Notes under the pieces: generated by a model
The model's database searches: none
The model's input: the letters and a program-made list of their open reading frames with translations, nothing else
Told to the model about the DNA's origin: nothing
Made by a program: the position numbers and the translations under genes
Shown here: in pieces, positions 52,151-61,026 of the stretch
How positions within the stretch are numbered: the first letter of the stretch is position 1
How the letters are laid out: each line of letters opens with the position of its first letter
Assembly (NCBI GenBank): GCA_963816395.1
Contig: CAWFKQ010000006.1
Coordinates: 526 to 64,525, forward strand
Direction: 5' to 3'
DNA length: 64,000 nt
From: an uncultured delta proteobacterium
Lineage (GTDB): Bacteria; Desulfobacterota; Desulfuromonadia; Desulfuromonadales; JACZKF01

Positions 52151-52780
52151 TTAATCAATTATCAGATTCGGCAGTTCGTCGGTGTCGTCCTCTTTGCGGG
52201 GGAATCTCTCCGCCAGCAGGTCGCCGCAGCGCCGGATGGCGGTGCACAGGGCCTCGCCGGTCTGGCCGCGGCGGATGCCGTCGGTGATGGTCGCGACGAT
52301 CTCGTCCCAGGTGCGGGGCGGAACGGCGGCATTGATGCCTTTATCGGCGAGAACATGCACCCGGCGCTCGAAGAGGGAGATGAGAATGAGGATGCCGGTG
52401 GCGTCGCGGGTATGGTGCAGGCCGTGCTCGAGAAAGGCCACCAGCGCCTTCTCCTCCACCTCCGCGGTGACTTCCGCCGCCGGGATGAGCCGGCGCTTGA
52501 AGCCGGGCAGCGCCCGGAATAGTCCCTTGCAGGGGAGATAGCAGGCGAAGAAGAGGGGGAGGAAAACCCACTGGGAAGCGTGTCCGAAAGCCCAGGAGAG
52601 CAGGGCGGCCGCCCCCATGGCGAAGAAGCCGGCGCCGACGATCTCGGTCCGCGGGTAATCGTATGAAGCATCCACCACCATCGGCACGATCTCGCCGCTG
52701 GTGCGCCCCTCCGCCTCCCGCACCGCCGCCTCAATGCGTACCTTCTCCTCCTCGGTAAAGAAATTTTGGGCTTTGTTCAT
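52151..52780 (-). CDS. TPM-domain (TLP18.3/Psb32/MOLO-1) membrane protein
   Basis: FFTEEEKVRIEAAVREAEGRTSGEIVPMV... and FLEHGLHHTRDATGILILISLFERRVHVLADKGI. RBS GAGGT before the Met at 52780. Confidence 0.8.
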   Translation of the reverse strand: MNKAQNFFTEEEKVRIEAAVREAEGRTSGEIVPMVVDASYDYPRTEIVGAGFFAMGAAALLSWAFGHASQWVFLPLFFACYLPCKGLFRALPGFKRRLIPAAEVTAEVEEKALVAFLEHGLHHTRDATGILILISLFERRVHVLADKGINAAVPPRTWDEIVATITDGIRRGQTGEALCTAIRRCGDLLAERFPRKEDDTDELPNLIID

Positions 52781-52807
52781 CGTAATATACCTCACGGTGC
52801 AACGGAT

Positions 52808-52846
52808 GAATTCAATTTAGAATTCAAAATCCAAAATTCAAAATTC
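52808..52846. repeat. AT-rich element with tandem heptamers and GAATTC palindromes between the two TPM genes
   Basis: GAATTCAATTTAGAATTC followed by CAAAATC CAAAATT CAAAATT, set in an otherwise GC-rich region. Confidence 0.6.
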
Positions 52847-52854
52847 CCGACGAC

Positions 52855-53577
52855 CTACCACCCTCCCGACGACCCGCCGCCGCCGAAGCCGCCGCCGCCG
52901 CCGGAGAATCCTCCGCCCCCGCCGAAACCGCCGCCCCCGCCGCCGAAGCCGCCGAAGGGACCACCGATATAGAAGCCGCCCCGCCGGGAACGCCGGCCGC
53001 CGCCCAGGAGCAACAAGCCGGGGCCGAGAAAGAGGAGCAACGCGAGCAGCCCCAGGGGATGGCGTTCGTGCCGGCGGTCGGTCCGTCCGTTCCCCTGATA
53101 CTCCCCTCGCACTGCTTCGGTCATCGCCGTCACTCCGGCTATGACGCCGCCGTCGAAATCCCCGGCCCGGAAACGGGGGGCGATCTCGTGGTCGACGATG
53201 CGCCCGGCCAGCAGGTCGGTCAGCCGCCCCTCCAGCCCGTACCCGACCTCGATGCGGATCTTATGGTCGTCGCGGGCGATCAACAACAGGGCGCCGTTGT
53301 CCTTCCCCTTCTGGCCGATCCCCCAGGCTTCCGCCACTTTGAGGGCGTATGCTTCAACCGGCTCCCCTTCCAGTGCGGGGATGGTCAGCACGACGATCTG
53401 GGTGGAATCGCTCCTTTCGAAATCGCGCAGGAATCTTTCCAGCTTCAGATCCGTGGCCGGAGAAAGGATGCCGGCCTGGTCGTTGACGTAGCCGTTCGCG
53501 GCGGGAACGTCGAGGGCGACGGCCCGCAGCGGCAGCAGCAGGAGGATCGGCAGCAGCAGGAAACGGCGCCAGGTCAT
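52855..53577 (-). CDS. secreted/anchored TPM-domain protein (YgcG-like) with a Gly-rich C-terminal tail
   Basis: Signal peptide. YVNDQAGILSP...QIVVLTIPAL...LLLIARDDHKIRIEVGYGLEG. TM segment, then GGFGGGGGGFGGGGGFSGGGGGFGGGG. The ATG overlaps the lemA stop by 1 nt. Confidence 0.85.
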   Translation of the reverse strand: MTWRRFLLLPILLLLPLRAVALDVPAANGYVNDQAGILSPATDLKLERFLRDFERSDSTQIVVLTIPALEGEPVEAYALKVAEAWGIGQKGKDNGALLLIARDDHKIRIEVGYGLEGRLTDLLAGRIVDHEIAPRFRAGDFDGGVIAGVTAMTEAVRGEYQGNGRTDRRHERHPLGLLALLLFLGPGLLLLGGGRRSRRGGFYIGGPFGGFGGGGGGFGGGGGFSGGGGGFGGGGSSGGW

Positions 53578-54167
53578 CAGAACTTCACCTTCGGCGCCTG
53601 CTCGGCTCCCGCCTCCGCCTTGAACGGCTCCTTGCGCTCCAGGTGCAGCAGGAAGTTGTTGGTCAGGTTGTTGGGGAAGGTGCGGATGGAGGTATTGAAG
53701 ACCTGTACGGCCTGGTTATAGCGCTGCCGGGCGACATTGATGCGGTTTTCGGTGCCCTCCAGCTGATGCTGCAGATCGAGGAAGTTCTGGTTGGCTTTCA
53801 GGTCGGGATAGCGCTCGGCGACCACCAGCAGCCGGGAGAGGGCGCCGGAGAGCTCCCCCTGGGCCGCCTGATACTTCGCCATGGCCGCGGGGTCGGTCAG
53901 GTCCTTGGCGCCGATGTTGACCTGACCCACCCGGGCGCGGGCGTTGGTGACCGCCTCCAGCGTCTCGCGCTCGTGGGCGGCATAGGCTTTGACCGTCTCC
54001 ACCAGGTTCGGAATCAGATCGGCCCGCCTCTGGTAGGTGGCTTCGACGTTCGCCCAGGCAGCGGTGACTGCCTCCTCATTTTGCTGGATCTGGTTGTAGC
54101 CGCAGCCGGAGAGGGCGAGCAGGGGAAGCAGGGCCAGCAGGAGATAACGGAACGGACGAACAGGCAT
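53577..54167 (-). CDS. lemA: LemA family protein
   Basis: Lipobox LSGCGYN. Motifs EATYQRRADLIPNLVETVK, ERYPDLKANQNF and EGTENRINVARQRYN. RBS AAGGAGG before the Met at 54167. Confidence 0.9.
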   Translation of the reverse strand: MPVRPFRYLLLALLPLLALSGCGYNQIQQNEEAVTAAWANVEATYQRRADLIPNLVETVKAYAAHERETLEAVTNARARVGQVNIGAKDLTDPAAMAKYQAAQGELSGALSRLLVVAERYPDLKANQNFLDLQHQLEGTENRINVARQRYNQAVQVFNTSIRTFPNNLTNNFLLHLERKEPFKAEAGAEQAPKVKF

Positions 54168-54278
54168 GAGAGGCCTCCTTGAAATAATTAATGGAAGGAT
54201 GCCTCTGACTATAGACCGCCGGGGCCGCAATTGTAAAGGGACCGCCGCCGGCTGGCAGGCCGGGAAACCGGTTATGAA

Positions 54279-54309
54279 CGTGTCCATCCGGAAATTCCGG
54301 ATGGACACG
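54279..54309. promoter_or_regulatory. perfect 15+15-bp palindrome (possible operator or terminator)
   Basis: CGTGTCCATCCGGAA-a-TTCCGGATGGACACG. It lies 4 nt after the stop of the 54313..54699 gene and about 115-140 nt upstream of lemA. No U-tract follows on either strand. Confidence 0.4.
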
Positions 54310-54312
54310 GAC

Positions 54313-54699
54313 TCAGATGGTCCAGATCTTGACCTCGCTCATGCTCATATGGTTCAGCAGGTGTTTGACCGCACCCTCGCTTTTTTTCGGGACCAGGACG
54401 TTGAATTCGGCCTGATGGCCCAGGGCATAATCGTAAAAGGCTTCGAACTGCTCCTTGGTGTGGTCGAGGTCTATGGTCTCGCTCGTTTCCACCTCGAAGA
54501 TGTATTCCTTGCCCTCTTTCCAGGCAATAACGTCGGAGCTGTAGGTGTTGCCATTGCGTCCGGGCATTTCGACGGGGTTTTCAAAATGCCCCAAGTGGCT
54601 GGATTTGATATTGGTATACCCCTGCTCAATCAGATAGCGGACCAGGGAGGTTATCATATAATCATGTTTGCTTTGGGATTCTGAGGTACGCTTGCCCAT
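54313..54699 (-). CDS. hypothetical protein, visibly lower GC than its neighbours; possible PD-(D/E)xK nuclease-like fold
   Basis: 128-aa ORF with ordinary (non-GC-skewed) amino-acid composition. GGAGG RBS upstream. SDVIAWKEGKEYIFEVETSE resembles the PD...E-x-K core of Hjc-like nucleases, but with E/T in place of K. Confidence 0.6.
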   Translation of the reverse strand: MGKRTSESQSKHDYMITSLVRYLIEQGYTNIKSSHLGHFENPVEMPGRNGNTYSSDVIAWKEGKEYIFEVETSETIDLDHTKEQFEAFYDYALGHQAEFNVLVPKKSEGAVKHLLNHMSMSEVKIWTI

Positions 54700-54891
54700 G
54701 GGCAGGCCTCCTTTGCCGAAGAGGTTTGGGGCATCAGCCTACAATCTACCCATTAGAGACTTTTAGTCAAGCGCAGGGTAGCGTTTCTGCGAAATTTTTT
54801 CTTCGCAAACGAAACCCCGGACGCAACCTCCCGAACGGATGCGGCCGGCGCGGAAGATGCGCCCGGAATTTTCCCCTGGAGCACTGACGGA

Positions 54892-54920
54892 TTGACACTT
54901 TCCATCTTCCTCCTTATGCT
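54892..54920 (+). promoter_or_regulatory. sigma70-like promoter upstream of clpS
   Basis: TTGACA-N17-TATGCT. It would give a ~150-nt leader. Confidence 0.35.
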
Positions 54921-55073
54921 CAAAAGAAAGAGGGTGCGAAAAACCTGGCTGGCCGCAAAAGGGAGTGAAAAAGCGATGAGAACCGCTTTCGGTCTGTCGC
55001 TTCCCCCCCTTGGAAGTGGGGAAAGAGTTATGGTACCATACCTGCATAAATTCGGCTCGGGGAGACTTTACCG

Positions 55074-55385
55074 ATGAGTAAACAGCAACTGCCGTCGGGA
55101 GAAACGAAGGTCAAGAGCCGTCGCCGGGCCGTTTCGCCATCACTTTATCGGGTGCTGATGCACAATGATGACTACACCGCCATGGAGTTCGTCGTCCAGG
55201 TACTGGAGACGGTCTTCCACAAGTCGCCCATGGAAGCGAACCGGATCATGCTGAATATTCACCTCGGTGGGGTCGGCATGTGCGGCACCTACCCTTGGGA
55301 AATCGCCGAAACGAAAGTGGCCCGTGTCCATCTCCTGGCTCGAGAGGCGGGCTATCCCCTCAAATGCAGCCTGGAAGAGGCATAG
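55074..55385 (+). CDS. clpS: ATP-dependent Clp protease adaptor ClpS
   Basis: LYRVLMHNDDYTAMEFVVQVLETVFHKSPMEANRIMLNIHLGGVGMCG is the canonical ClpS core. Confidence 0.95.
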   Translation: MSKQQLPSGETKVKSRRRAVSPSLYRVLMHNDDYTAMEFVVQVLETVFHKSPMEANRIMLNIHLGGVGMCGTYPWEIAETKVARVHLLAREAGYPLKCSLEEA

Positions 55386-55397
55386 AGAAGAGTAAGT

Positions 55398-57638
55398 ATG
55401 TTCAGTCAAGAAGTGCAGATCACCTTCACCCTGGCGGTGCGGGAAGCGCAGCGCCGGCAGCACGAGTATCTCACCACCGAGCACGTGCTGTACGCCATCC
55501 TTTTCGAGGACAGCGGCCAGGAGATCATTCGCAGCTGTGGCGGGGACCTCGATACCCTGCGCGAGACGCTGGAGGATTTCTTCGTTCGGCATCTGGAGAC
55601 GGTTCCCAATCGGGAAGAGGCCGTCCCCGAGCAGACCATCGGGTTGCAGCGGGTGCTGCAGCGTACTGTGCTGCACCTTCAGGCCGCCGGCAAAAAGGAA
55701 ATTACCGTTGGCGACGTGCTGGCGGCGATCCTCGAGGAGAAGAATTCCCATGCCGCCCATTTTCTCGAAGGGCAGGGGATTTCCCGGATCGATGTCCTCG
55801 ACTTCATCTCGCATGGAGTGGTCAAGTCTCCACGCACCGCCGAGGAGCCGCGGGGTACTCCTTCCAGCCCGGAGGAACCGGCGCCCGGCCGAGCCGCTCC
55901 CAGCCGCGATCCGCTCGCCGCTTTTACCGTCAATCTGCTCGAACGGGCGCGCCAGGGGAAGATCGATCCCCTGATCGGCCGGACCCTGGAATTGACGCGT
56001 ATTACCCAGGTGCTGTGCCGCCGGCGCAAGAACAATCCGATCTTTGTCGGCGATCCGGGGGTGGGCAAAACTGCCCTGGCCGAAGGGTTGGCGCTGAGAA
56101 TCCACCGCGGCGAGGTTCCCGAGCTGCTGCGCGGTTTTGAGATCTTTGCCCTCGATATGGGGGCTCTGCTTGCCGGCACCAAGTTCCGCGGCGATTTCGA
56201 GGAGCGCCTGAAGGCGGTTCTGAACGCCCTGGCGAAGAAGCCGAAGTCCATTCTGTTCATTGACGAAATTCACACCGTCGTTGGCGCTGGGGCGACGAGC
56301 GGCGGCTCACTGGATGCTTCCAATATCCTTAAGCCGGTCCTCGCCTCGGGTGATTTGCGCTGCATCGGCTCGACCACCTTCGAGGAGTACAAGAACCTCT
56401 TCGATAAGGACCGCGCTCTTTCCCGCCGTTTTCAGAAAATCGACATCAACGAGCCAACGGTGGAAGAGACGGTTGAAATCCTGCGCGGACTGAAGGGGCA
56501 GTATGAGGCGCACCATCGGGTGACCTACACCGAAGAGGCGCTGCGTGCCGCCGCCGAACTGTCGGCCCGGCACATCAATTACCGCCACCTGCCGGATAAG
56601 GCGATCGACGTCATTGACGAGGTGGGCGCCTACCTGCGGCTGCATCCGCGGGAGGACCGGCGGATCAGTTTGACCGATATCGAGGCGGTGGTTGCCTCGA
56701 TTGCCCGCATTCCGGCCCGCAGCGTTTCCGCCTCCGACCGGCAGCTGCTGAAGCACCTCGACCGCGATCTCAAGCGGAAAGTGTTCGGCCAGGACCCCGC
56801 CATCGACGCTCTGTGTCGCTCCATCCTGCGCGCCCGGGCCGGCCTGGGGCACCCGGAGAAGCCGGTCGGCTCTTTCCTGTTCACCGGTCCCACCGGGGTG
56901 GGCAAAACCGAGGTCGCGAAGCAGCTGGCGGCTCAGATGGGGGTGGAATTCATTCGCTTCGACATGAGCGAGTACATGGAGAAACACTCGGTCTCCCGGC
57001 TCATCGGCGCCCCGCCGGGATACGTGGGATTCGACCAGGGCGGGCTGCTCACAGATGCCATGGTCAAGAACCCCTATGCCGTCCTGCTGCTCGACGAGAT
57101 CGAAAAGGCGCATCCCGACCTGTTCAATATCCTGCTGCAGGTCATGGATCACGGTATTCTGACCGACAACAACGGCAGGAAAGCCGATTTCCGCAATGTG
57201 GTGCTGATCATGACCAGCAATGCCGGCGCCCGGGAGATGAGCGCCAATCCGATCGGCTTCGGCAACATCGAGCTGGCCCATGCCAAGCAGGCGGTGGAGA
57301 AAACCTTCTCCCCTGAATTCCGCAATCGGCTGGACGCCACCATTTCCTTCCGGCACCTCGACGAGCGTATCATGCTCAAGGTGGTGGACAAATTCCTGGC
57401 GGAGCTGCAGGAGCGGTTGCGGGAGAAGAACGTCACCGTCTCTCTCTCTGCCGGCGCCCGCAGCTGGCTGGCCCGCCGCGGCTACGACTCGGTTTACGGT
57501 GCCCGTCCCCTCGGCCGGTTGATGCAGACGGAAATCAGCGACGTCATCGCCACCGAGATCCTCTTCGGCCGTCTCAGCCGGGGCGGCGGGATCCGCATCG
57601 GCGCCCGCGGCGATCAACTGACGTTTAAATATTCTTAG
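55398..57638 (+). CDS. clpA: ATP-dependent Clp protease ATP-binding subunit ClpA
   Basis: N-domain ([10 protein letters not shown]), D1 ([18 protein letters not shown]) and D2 ([19 protein letters not shown]). No middle-domain insertion, so ClpA rather than ClpB/C. Confidence 0.95.
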   Translation: MFSQEVQITFTLAVREAQRRQHEYLTTEHVLYAILFEDSGQEIIRSCGGDLDTLRETLEDFFVRHLETVPNREEAVPEQTIGLQRVLQRTVLHLQAAGKKEITVGDVLAAILEEKNSHAAHFLEGQGISRIDVLDFISHGVVKSPRTAEEPRGTPSSPEEPAPGRAAPSRDPLAAFTVNLLERARQGKIDPLIGRTLELTRITQVLCRRRKNNPIFVGDPGVGKTALAEGLALRIHRGEVPELLRGFEIFALDMGALLAGTKFRGDFEERLKAVLNALAKKPKSILFIDEIHTVVGAGATSGGSLDASNILKPVLASGDLRCIGSTTFEEYKNLFDKDRALSRRFQKIDINEPTVEETVEILRGLKGQYEAHHRVTYTEEALRAAAELSARHINYRHLPDKAIDVIDEVGAYLRLHPREDRRISLTDIEAVVASIARIPARSVSASDRQLLKHLDRDLKRKVFGQDPAIDALCRSILRARAGLGHPEKPVGSFLFTGPTGVGKTEVAKQLAAQMGVEFIRFDMSEYMEKHSVSRLIGAPPGYVGFDQGGLLTDAMVKNPYAVLLLDEIEKAHPDLFNILLQVMDHGILTDNNGRKADFRNVVLIMTSNAGAREMSANPIGFGNIELAHAKQAVEKTFSPEFRNRLDATISFRHLDERIMLKVVDKFLAELQERLREKNVTVSLSAGARSWLARRGYDSVYGARPLGRLMQTEISDVIATEILFGRLSRGGGIRIGARGDQLTFKYS

Positions 57639-57760
57639 GCTGGAGGCTAGAGGCAAGGGGCAAGAGGCTAGAGGACAAGGGCTGAAGGCTGAATAGTCGT
57701 CTGCCGCGAGTCGAAGGTTTGCCTTGGTTTCCTCTAGCCCCTAGCCTTGTGCCTCTAGCC
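57638..57760. repeat. CTAG-rich ~7-nt-periodic imperfect inverted repeat (family locus B), starting at the clpA stop codon
   Basis: GGCTGGAGGCTAGAGGCAAGGGGCAAGAGGCTAGAGGACAAGGGCTGAAGGC ... GCCTTGGTTTCCTCTAGCCCCTAGCCTTGTGCCTCTAGCC. Five CTAG sites. Confidence 0.8.
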
Positions 57761-57771
57761 TGACTCTTCCC

Positions 57772-58458
57772 ATGCCCGTCTATCAACTGATCGATCAGCC
57801 GGTTTTCCCGCCGCCCTCGCTGGCCGAGCCCGGGGGGCTGCTGGCGGTGGGTGGCGATCTGTCGCCGGCGCGTCTGCTCCTCGCTTATTCCACCGGGATC
57901 TTTCCCTGGTATAACGAGGGCGATCCCATCCTCTGGTGGTCCCCCGATCCCCGCTGCATTTTTGAGCCGCAGGAAGTGCGGATTTCCCACAGCCTGGCGA
58001 AGATTTTGCGCCGCGGGGAATTTGCCGTGACTTTTGACGAGGCCTTCCCGGAGGTGATCGGCGCTTGCGCCGAAATGCGGCTGAAACAAGGGGATGGGAC
58101 CTGGATCACCCAGGAGATGCTGAATGCTTTCTGCCGTCTGCACGAGCTGGGGTATGCCCATTCGGTGGAATGCTGGCGAAAGGGGGAACTGGCGGGAGGG
58201 TTATACGGGGTCTGCCTGGGGCGCTGTTTCTTCGGCGAGTCGATGTTCCACCGCGCAGCGAATGCGTCCAAGGTGGCGCTGGCCGTCCTGGCCGGCCGGT
58301 TGCGGGAACGAAACTTCGAGCTGATCGACGGCCAGCTGCCGAATCCCCACCTCTTCTCCCTCGGCGCCCGGGAAATCCCCCGCGAGGAATTCCTGCAGCG
58401 CCTGCGCCGGGGCGGGGTGCTCCCCTCGACCCGGCCGCCGCTGGTAGCTTTCCCTTAG
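57772..58458 (+). CDS. aat: leucyl/phenylalanyl-tRNA--protein transferase
   Basis: GLLAVGGDLSPARLLLAYSTGIFPWY...PILWWSPDPR...GELAGGLYGVCLGRCFFGESMF. Confidence 0.93.
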   Translation: MPVYQLIDQPVFPPPSLAEPGGLLAVGGDLSPARLLLAYSTGIFPWYNEGDPILWWSPDPRCIFEPQEVRISHSLAKILRRGEFAVTFDEAFPEVIGACAEMRLKQGDGTWITQEMLNAFCRLHELGYAHSVECWRKGELAGGLYGVCLGRCFFGESMFHRAANASKVALAVLAGRLRERNFELIDGQLPNPHLFSLGAREIPREEFLQRLRRGGVLPSTRPPLVAFP

Positions 58459-58520
58459 CAGACAGTTCCCCGCAGTACTGCAGCCCAAGTGAACTGCCCC
58501 GGAACCGATTACTTCAGGTT

Positions 58521-59243
58521 CTAAGAGTCGACCTGCGCCGCTTGCTCCGTCGCTCTCGTGCGGATGATCCCTTCGAGCCGTTTTTTGTCCGCTTCCAGGA
58601 TGTTGATGAAGCGCATGCCGGCAGTCTGCCGATTATCGACAGCATCGCCGCTCCAGAGGACCTCCGCCAGGGTGCAGATCGGCTGCGTGTTTGCTTCCGG
58701 CTGTAGCAGGAGCAGACAAAGGCTGCCCGGCTCCACCGGTGCCTTGAGGTTGAAGCGGACGCCGCCGGAGCTCAGGTTGATGCGGGAGCGGGGAAAGTCG
58801 CCAAAGTCGGCGGGATTGCCGCGGCTGAGAATCAGGATGTTCTTTTCCCACTGCTCGCGGAAGGTGCGGAGGGTGCCATGGCCGCGGGTATAGCGCAGGC
58901 CGATGGCAAGATCGCAACGCGGATTGAGGCGGCGTTGATAGGCTTGCAGCTCGCCGGTGACGGCGACCCGGATCACATCCTGTCCCTGGCGCTGGAGGAA
59001 TTGGCCGTCCAGCCGCAGGCCAAGCCCCATTGCTTCGCTGAGCAGCTCAAAAGGCATGCCGGGCGTAAAATGAAGATCTTCCCCCTGCCGGGTCCGGTAG
59101 GGGAGGAAAAGGTCGAAGAACCCCGGGCTATGCTCTTTGAGAAAAGTGGTGAGTGACTCGTAATATCCTCCCAGAGTGCCCGTGGACACCTGGGAACGCA
59201 GGAAAATCTTCTGGCCTGGTTTAAAGAATTTGCTGTATTGCAT
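58521..59243 (-). CDS. PilZ-domain c-di-GMP-binding protein (YcgR-like two-domain layout)
   Basis: RxxxR motif (QRRLNPR) and D/NxSxxG motif (INLSSGGV) in the C-terminal half. Confidence 0.8.
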   Translation of the reverse strand: MQYSKFFKPGQKIFLRSQVSTGTLGGYYESLTTFLKEHSPGFFDLFLPYRTRQGEDLHFTPGMPFELLSEAMGLGLRLDGQFLQRQGQDVIRVAVTGELQAYQRRLNPRCDLAIGLRYTRGHGTLRTFREQWEKNILILSRGNPADFGDFPRSRINLSSGGVRFNLKAPVEPGSLCLLLLQPEANTQPICTLAEVLWSGDAVDNRQTAGMRFINILEADKKRLEGIIRTRATEQAAQVDS

Positions 59244-59520
59244 GCGGACTCTGCTTTAGGCTGTCTTCTGCTTTGCCAGGGGAAAAGCCCTCTACACCTT
59301 TCAAGCTCCGTTCCAACTCGGCCAGTGGCTGGAATCCGGTGACCGCGGCGCGGTCGGGAAAGCGGAGAGAGGCGGATTTTCTCCCCCGGTGCGGCATTTC
59401 GCGACGAGCGAGGCAAAAAATGACAAAAACACATTGCACCGGCTGTGTCAACCTGTACCTGTTCTGTGGCAAGCAGCGGATGCTTTCAGCAACAGTTCGA
59501 AGCGAAAGGCAGGAGAAGCC

Positions 59521-60634
59521 GTGAAATCGGGGACCGAGACCCTGTTCGCCGTCACCGCACCCGGGCTGGAGTCGATCTGCGCCGCCGAGCTGCAGCAGCT
59601 GGGGATTGCCGGCGCCCGGGCGATTCCCGGCGGCGTCGAATTCGAGGGAGCGCTGAGCGATCTTTACCGGGCCAGTCTGTGGCTGCGTACGGCCAGTCGG
59701 CTGGTGGTTCGGCTGGGGGAGGTGAAGGCCCGCGATTTCCCTGAGTTGTTCCACCGGGTCGGGCGTCTTCCCTGGGGAAAATACATCCGGCCTGGGGACG
59801 GCGCTGGAGGTGCGGGCGACCAGCCGCCATTCCCGGTTGGTCCACACCGGTCGGATTGCCGCAACCGTTATCGCTGCCGCCGACCATGCGCTCGGCCGGG
59901 CCGAAGCGCCGGCCGGCGGGCCCTCGCAACTGGTGCTGGCCCGCTTCGAGGACGACCTCTGTCAACTGTCGATCGACAGCTCCGGGGAGTTGCTGCACCG
60001 CCGCGGCTATCGCCGGCAGGCGACCCGCGCCCCTTTGCGCGAGACGCTGGCCGCCGGTATTCTGCTGCTTCTGGGCTGGGACGGCAGCCAGCCGCTGATC
60101 GACCCCTTGTGCGGCTCCGGCACCCTGGTGATCGAAGGTGCCCTGCTGGCCCGCGGGTTGGCGCCGGGGCGAGGCAGGCAGTTCGCCTTCATGGACTGGC
60201 CGGGCTTCCGATCGGGGCTGTGGCAGGTGCTGCTCGACCAGGCGGAAAGGGCGGCGCACCCGGCCCGGGCGATTATTCGGGGGGCGGATCGGGATGCGGC
60301 GGCGATCGCCGCCGCCGGGGGCAATGCCGAGCGGGCGGGGATAATGAACGATCTCGAGCTTTGCCGACAGCCCCTCGCCGAACTGGTCGCGCCACCCGGC
60401 CACGGCCTGCTGGTGTGCAACCCCCCTTATGGCGCCCGGCTGGCGGCCGGGGAGGATCTGCGCCCCCTCTTTCGGCAGCTTGGGGAGGTCTGGCGTCGGT
60501 CTTTTGCCGGTTGGCAGCTGGCCTTTCTCGTCCCCGACGAGCGCCTGGCCCGGGCCACCGGTCTGCCGCTCAGCCGGGTGGCGGCTCTGACCAACGGCGG
60601 CATTCCGGTGACCCTGTATCAGACCAGTGGATGA
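59521..60634 (+). CDS. THUMP-domain class I SAM-dependent RNA methyltransferase (RlmL/YpsC-like); apparent frameshift near 59793-59798
   Basis: GTG at 59521 with an AGGAGA RBS. LFAVTAPGLESICAAEL... then, after the shift (ORF 59810..60634), APLRETLAAGILLL, DPLCGSGTLVIEGAL and LVCNPPYGARL. Confidence 0.85.
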
Positions 60635-60647
60635 ACAACGATTCAGT

Positions 60648-60676
60648 TTGATTTTTTCTCGAAATTCATATATAGT
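60648..60676 (+). promoter_or_regulatory. sigma70-like promoter for rpsU
   Basis: TTGATT-N17-TATAGT, about 70 nt upstream of the GTG start. Confidence 0.45.
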
Positions 60677-60746
60677 TGCAGCTTCGCCTCCGGGCTGCCG
60701 GCGGACGGAAAATACCAGAACATCGAAAGCGAGGTGAATTCATTCC

Positions 60747-60941
60747 GTGGAAATCCAGGTCATCGACAACAATGTCGAGAAGGCGATTCGGGTTCTCAAG
60801 CGCAAGCTTCAGCAGGAAGGTCTCTTCCGGGAAATGAAACAGCGCAAATTTTATGAGAAGCCGAGCGTCAAGCGCAAGCGCAAGGAGAAGGAAGCCCAGC
60901 GGCGCCTGCGCAAGAAACTGCGCCTGATGCGGAACGACTGA
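60747..60941 (+). CDS. rpsU: 30S ribosomal protein S21
   Basis: (M)EIQVIDNNVEKAIRVLKRKLQQEGLFREMKQRKFYEKPSVKRKRKEKEAQRRLRK. GTG start with a GAGGTGA RBS. Confidence 0.95.
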   Translation: MEIQVIDNNVEKAIRVLKRKLQQEGLFREMKQRKFYEKPSVKRKRKEKEAQRRLRKKLRLMRND

Positions 60942-60960
60942 CACCTCGCATCGCCATTGG

Positions 60961-61003
60961 ACAAAAACAGGAAGGGCCGATCCGTCTGGATCGGCCCTTC
61001 CTG
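60961..61003 (-). terminator. rho-independent terminator after gap (also positioned after rpsU on the plus strand)
   Basis: CAGGAAGGGCCGATCC / GGATCGGCCCTTCCTG 16-bp stem. On the minus strand it is followed by TTTTTGT. Confidence 0.7.
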
Positions 61004-61026
61004 CGTCTGGGGTCCCGGGCGGCACT

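Noticed and set aside
52766-52972. 68-aa ORF encoding a poly-proline protein (PPPKPPPPPENPPPPPK...).
   Set aside because: It is the antisense of the Gly-rich tail (GGC/GGA repeats) of the TPM-domain gene 52855..53577.
54892-55077. 61-aa ORF in the clpS leader, and similar short intergenic ORFs (33549..33803, 33753..33968, 34049..34234, 29408..29605, 7077..7292).
   Set aside because: They have no RBS, an implausible composition or overlap with repeat and hairpin clutter, and no recognisable motifs.
57636-57700. Idea that the 7-nt spacing of TAG in the repeat family provides stop codons in all three frames as a general translational backstop.
   Set aside because: It does not hold consistently. 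At locus B the TAGs are 12 and 21 nt apart and all fall in the clpA frame. At locus A no further in-frame stop occurs. At locus C only two consecutive TAGs are 7 nt apart.
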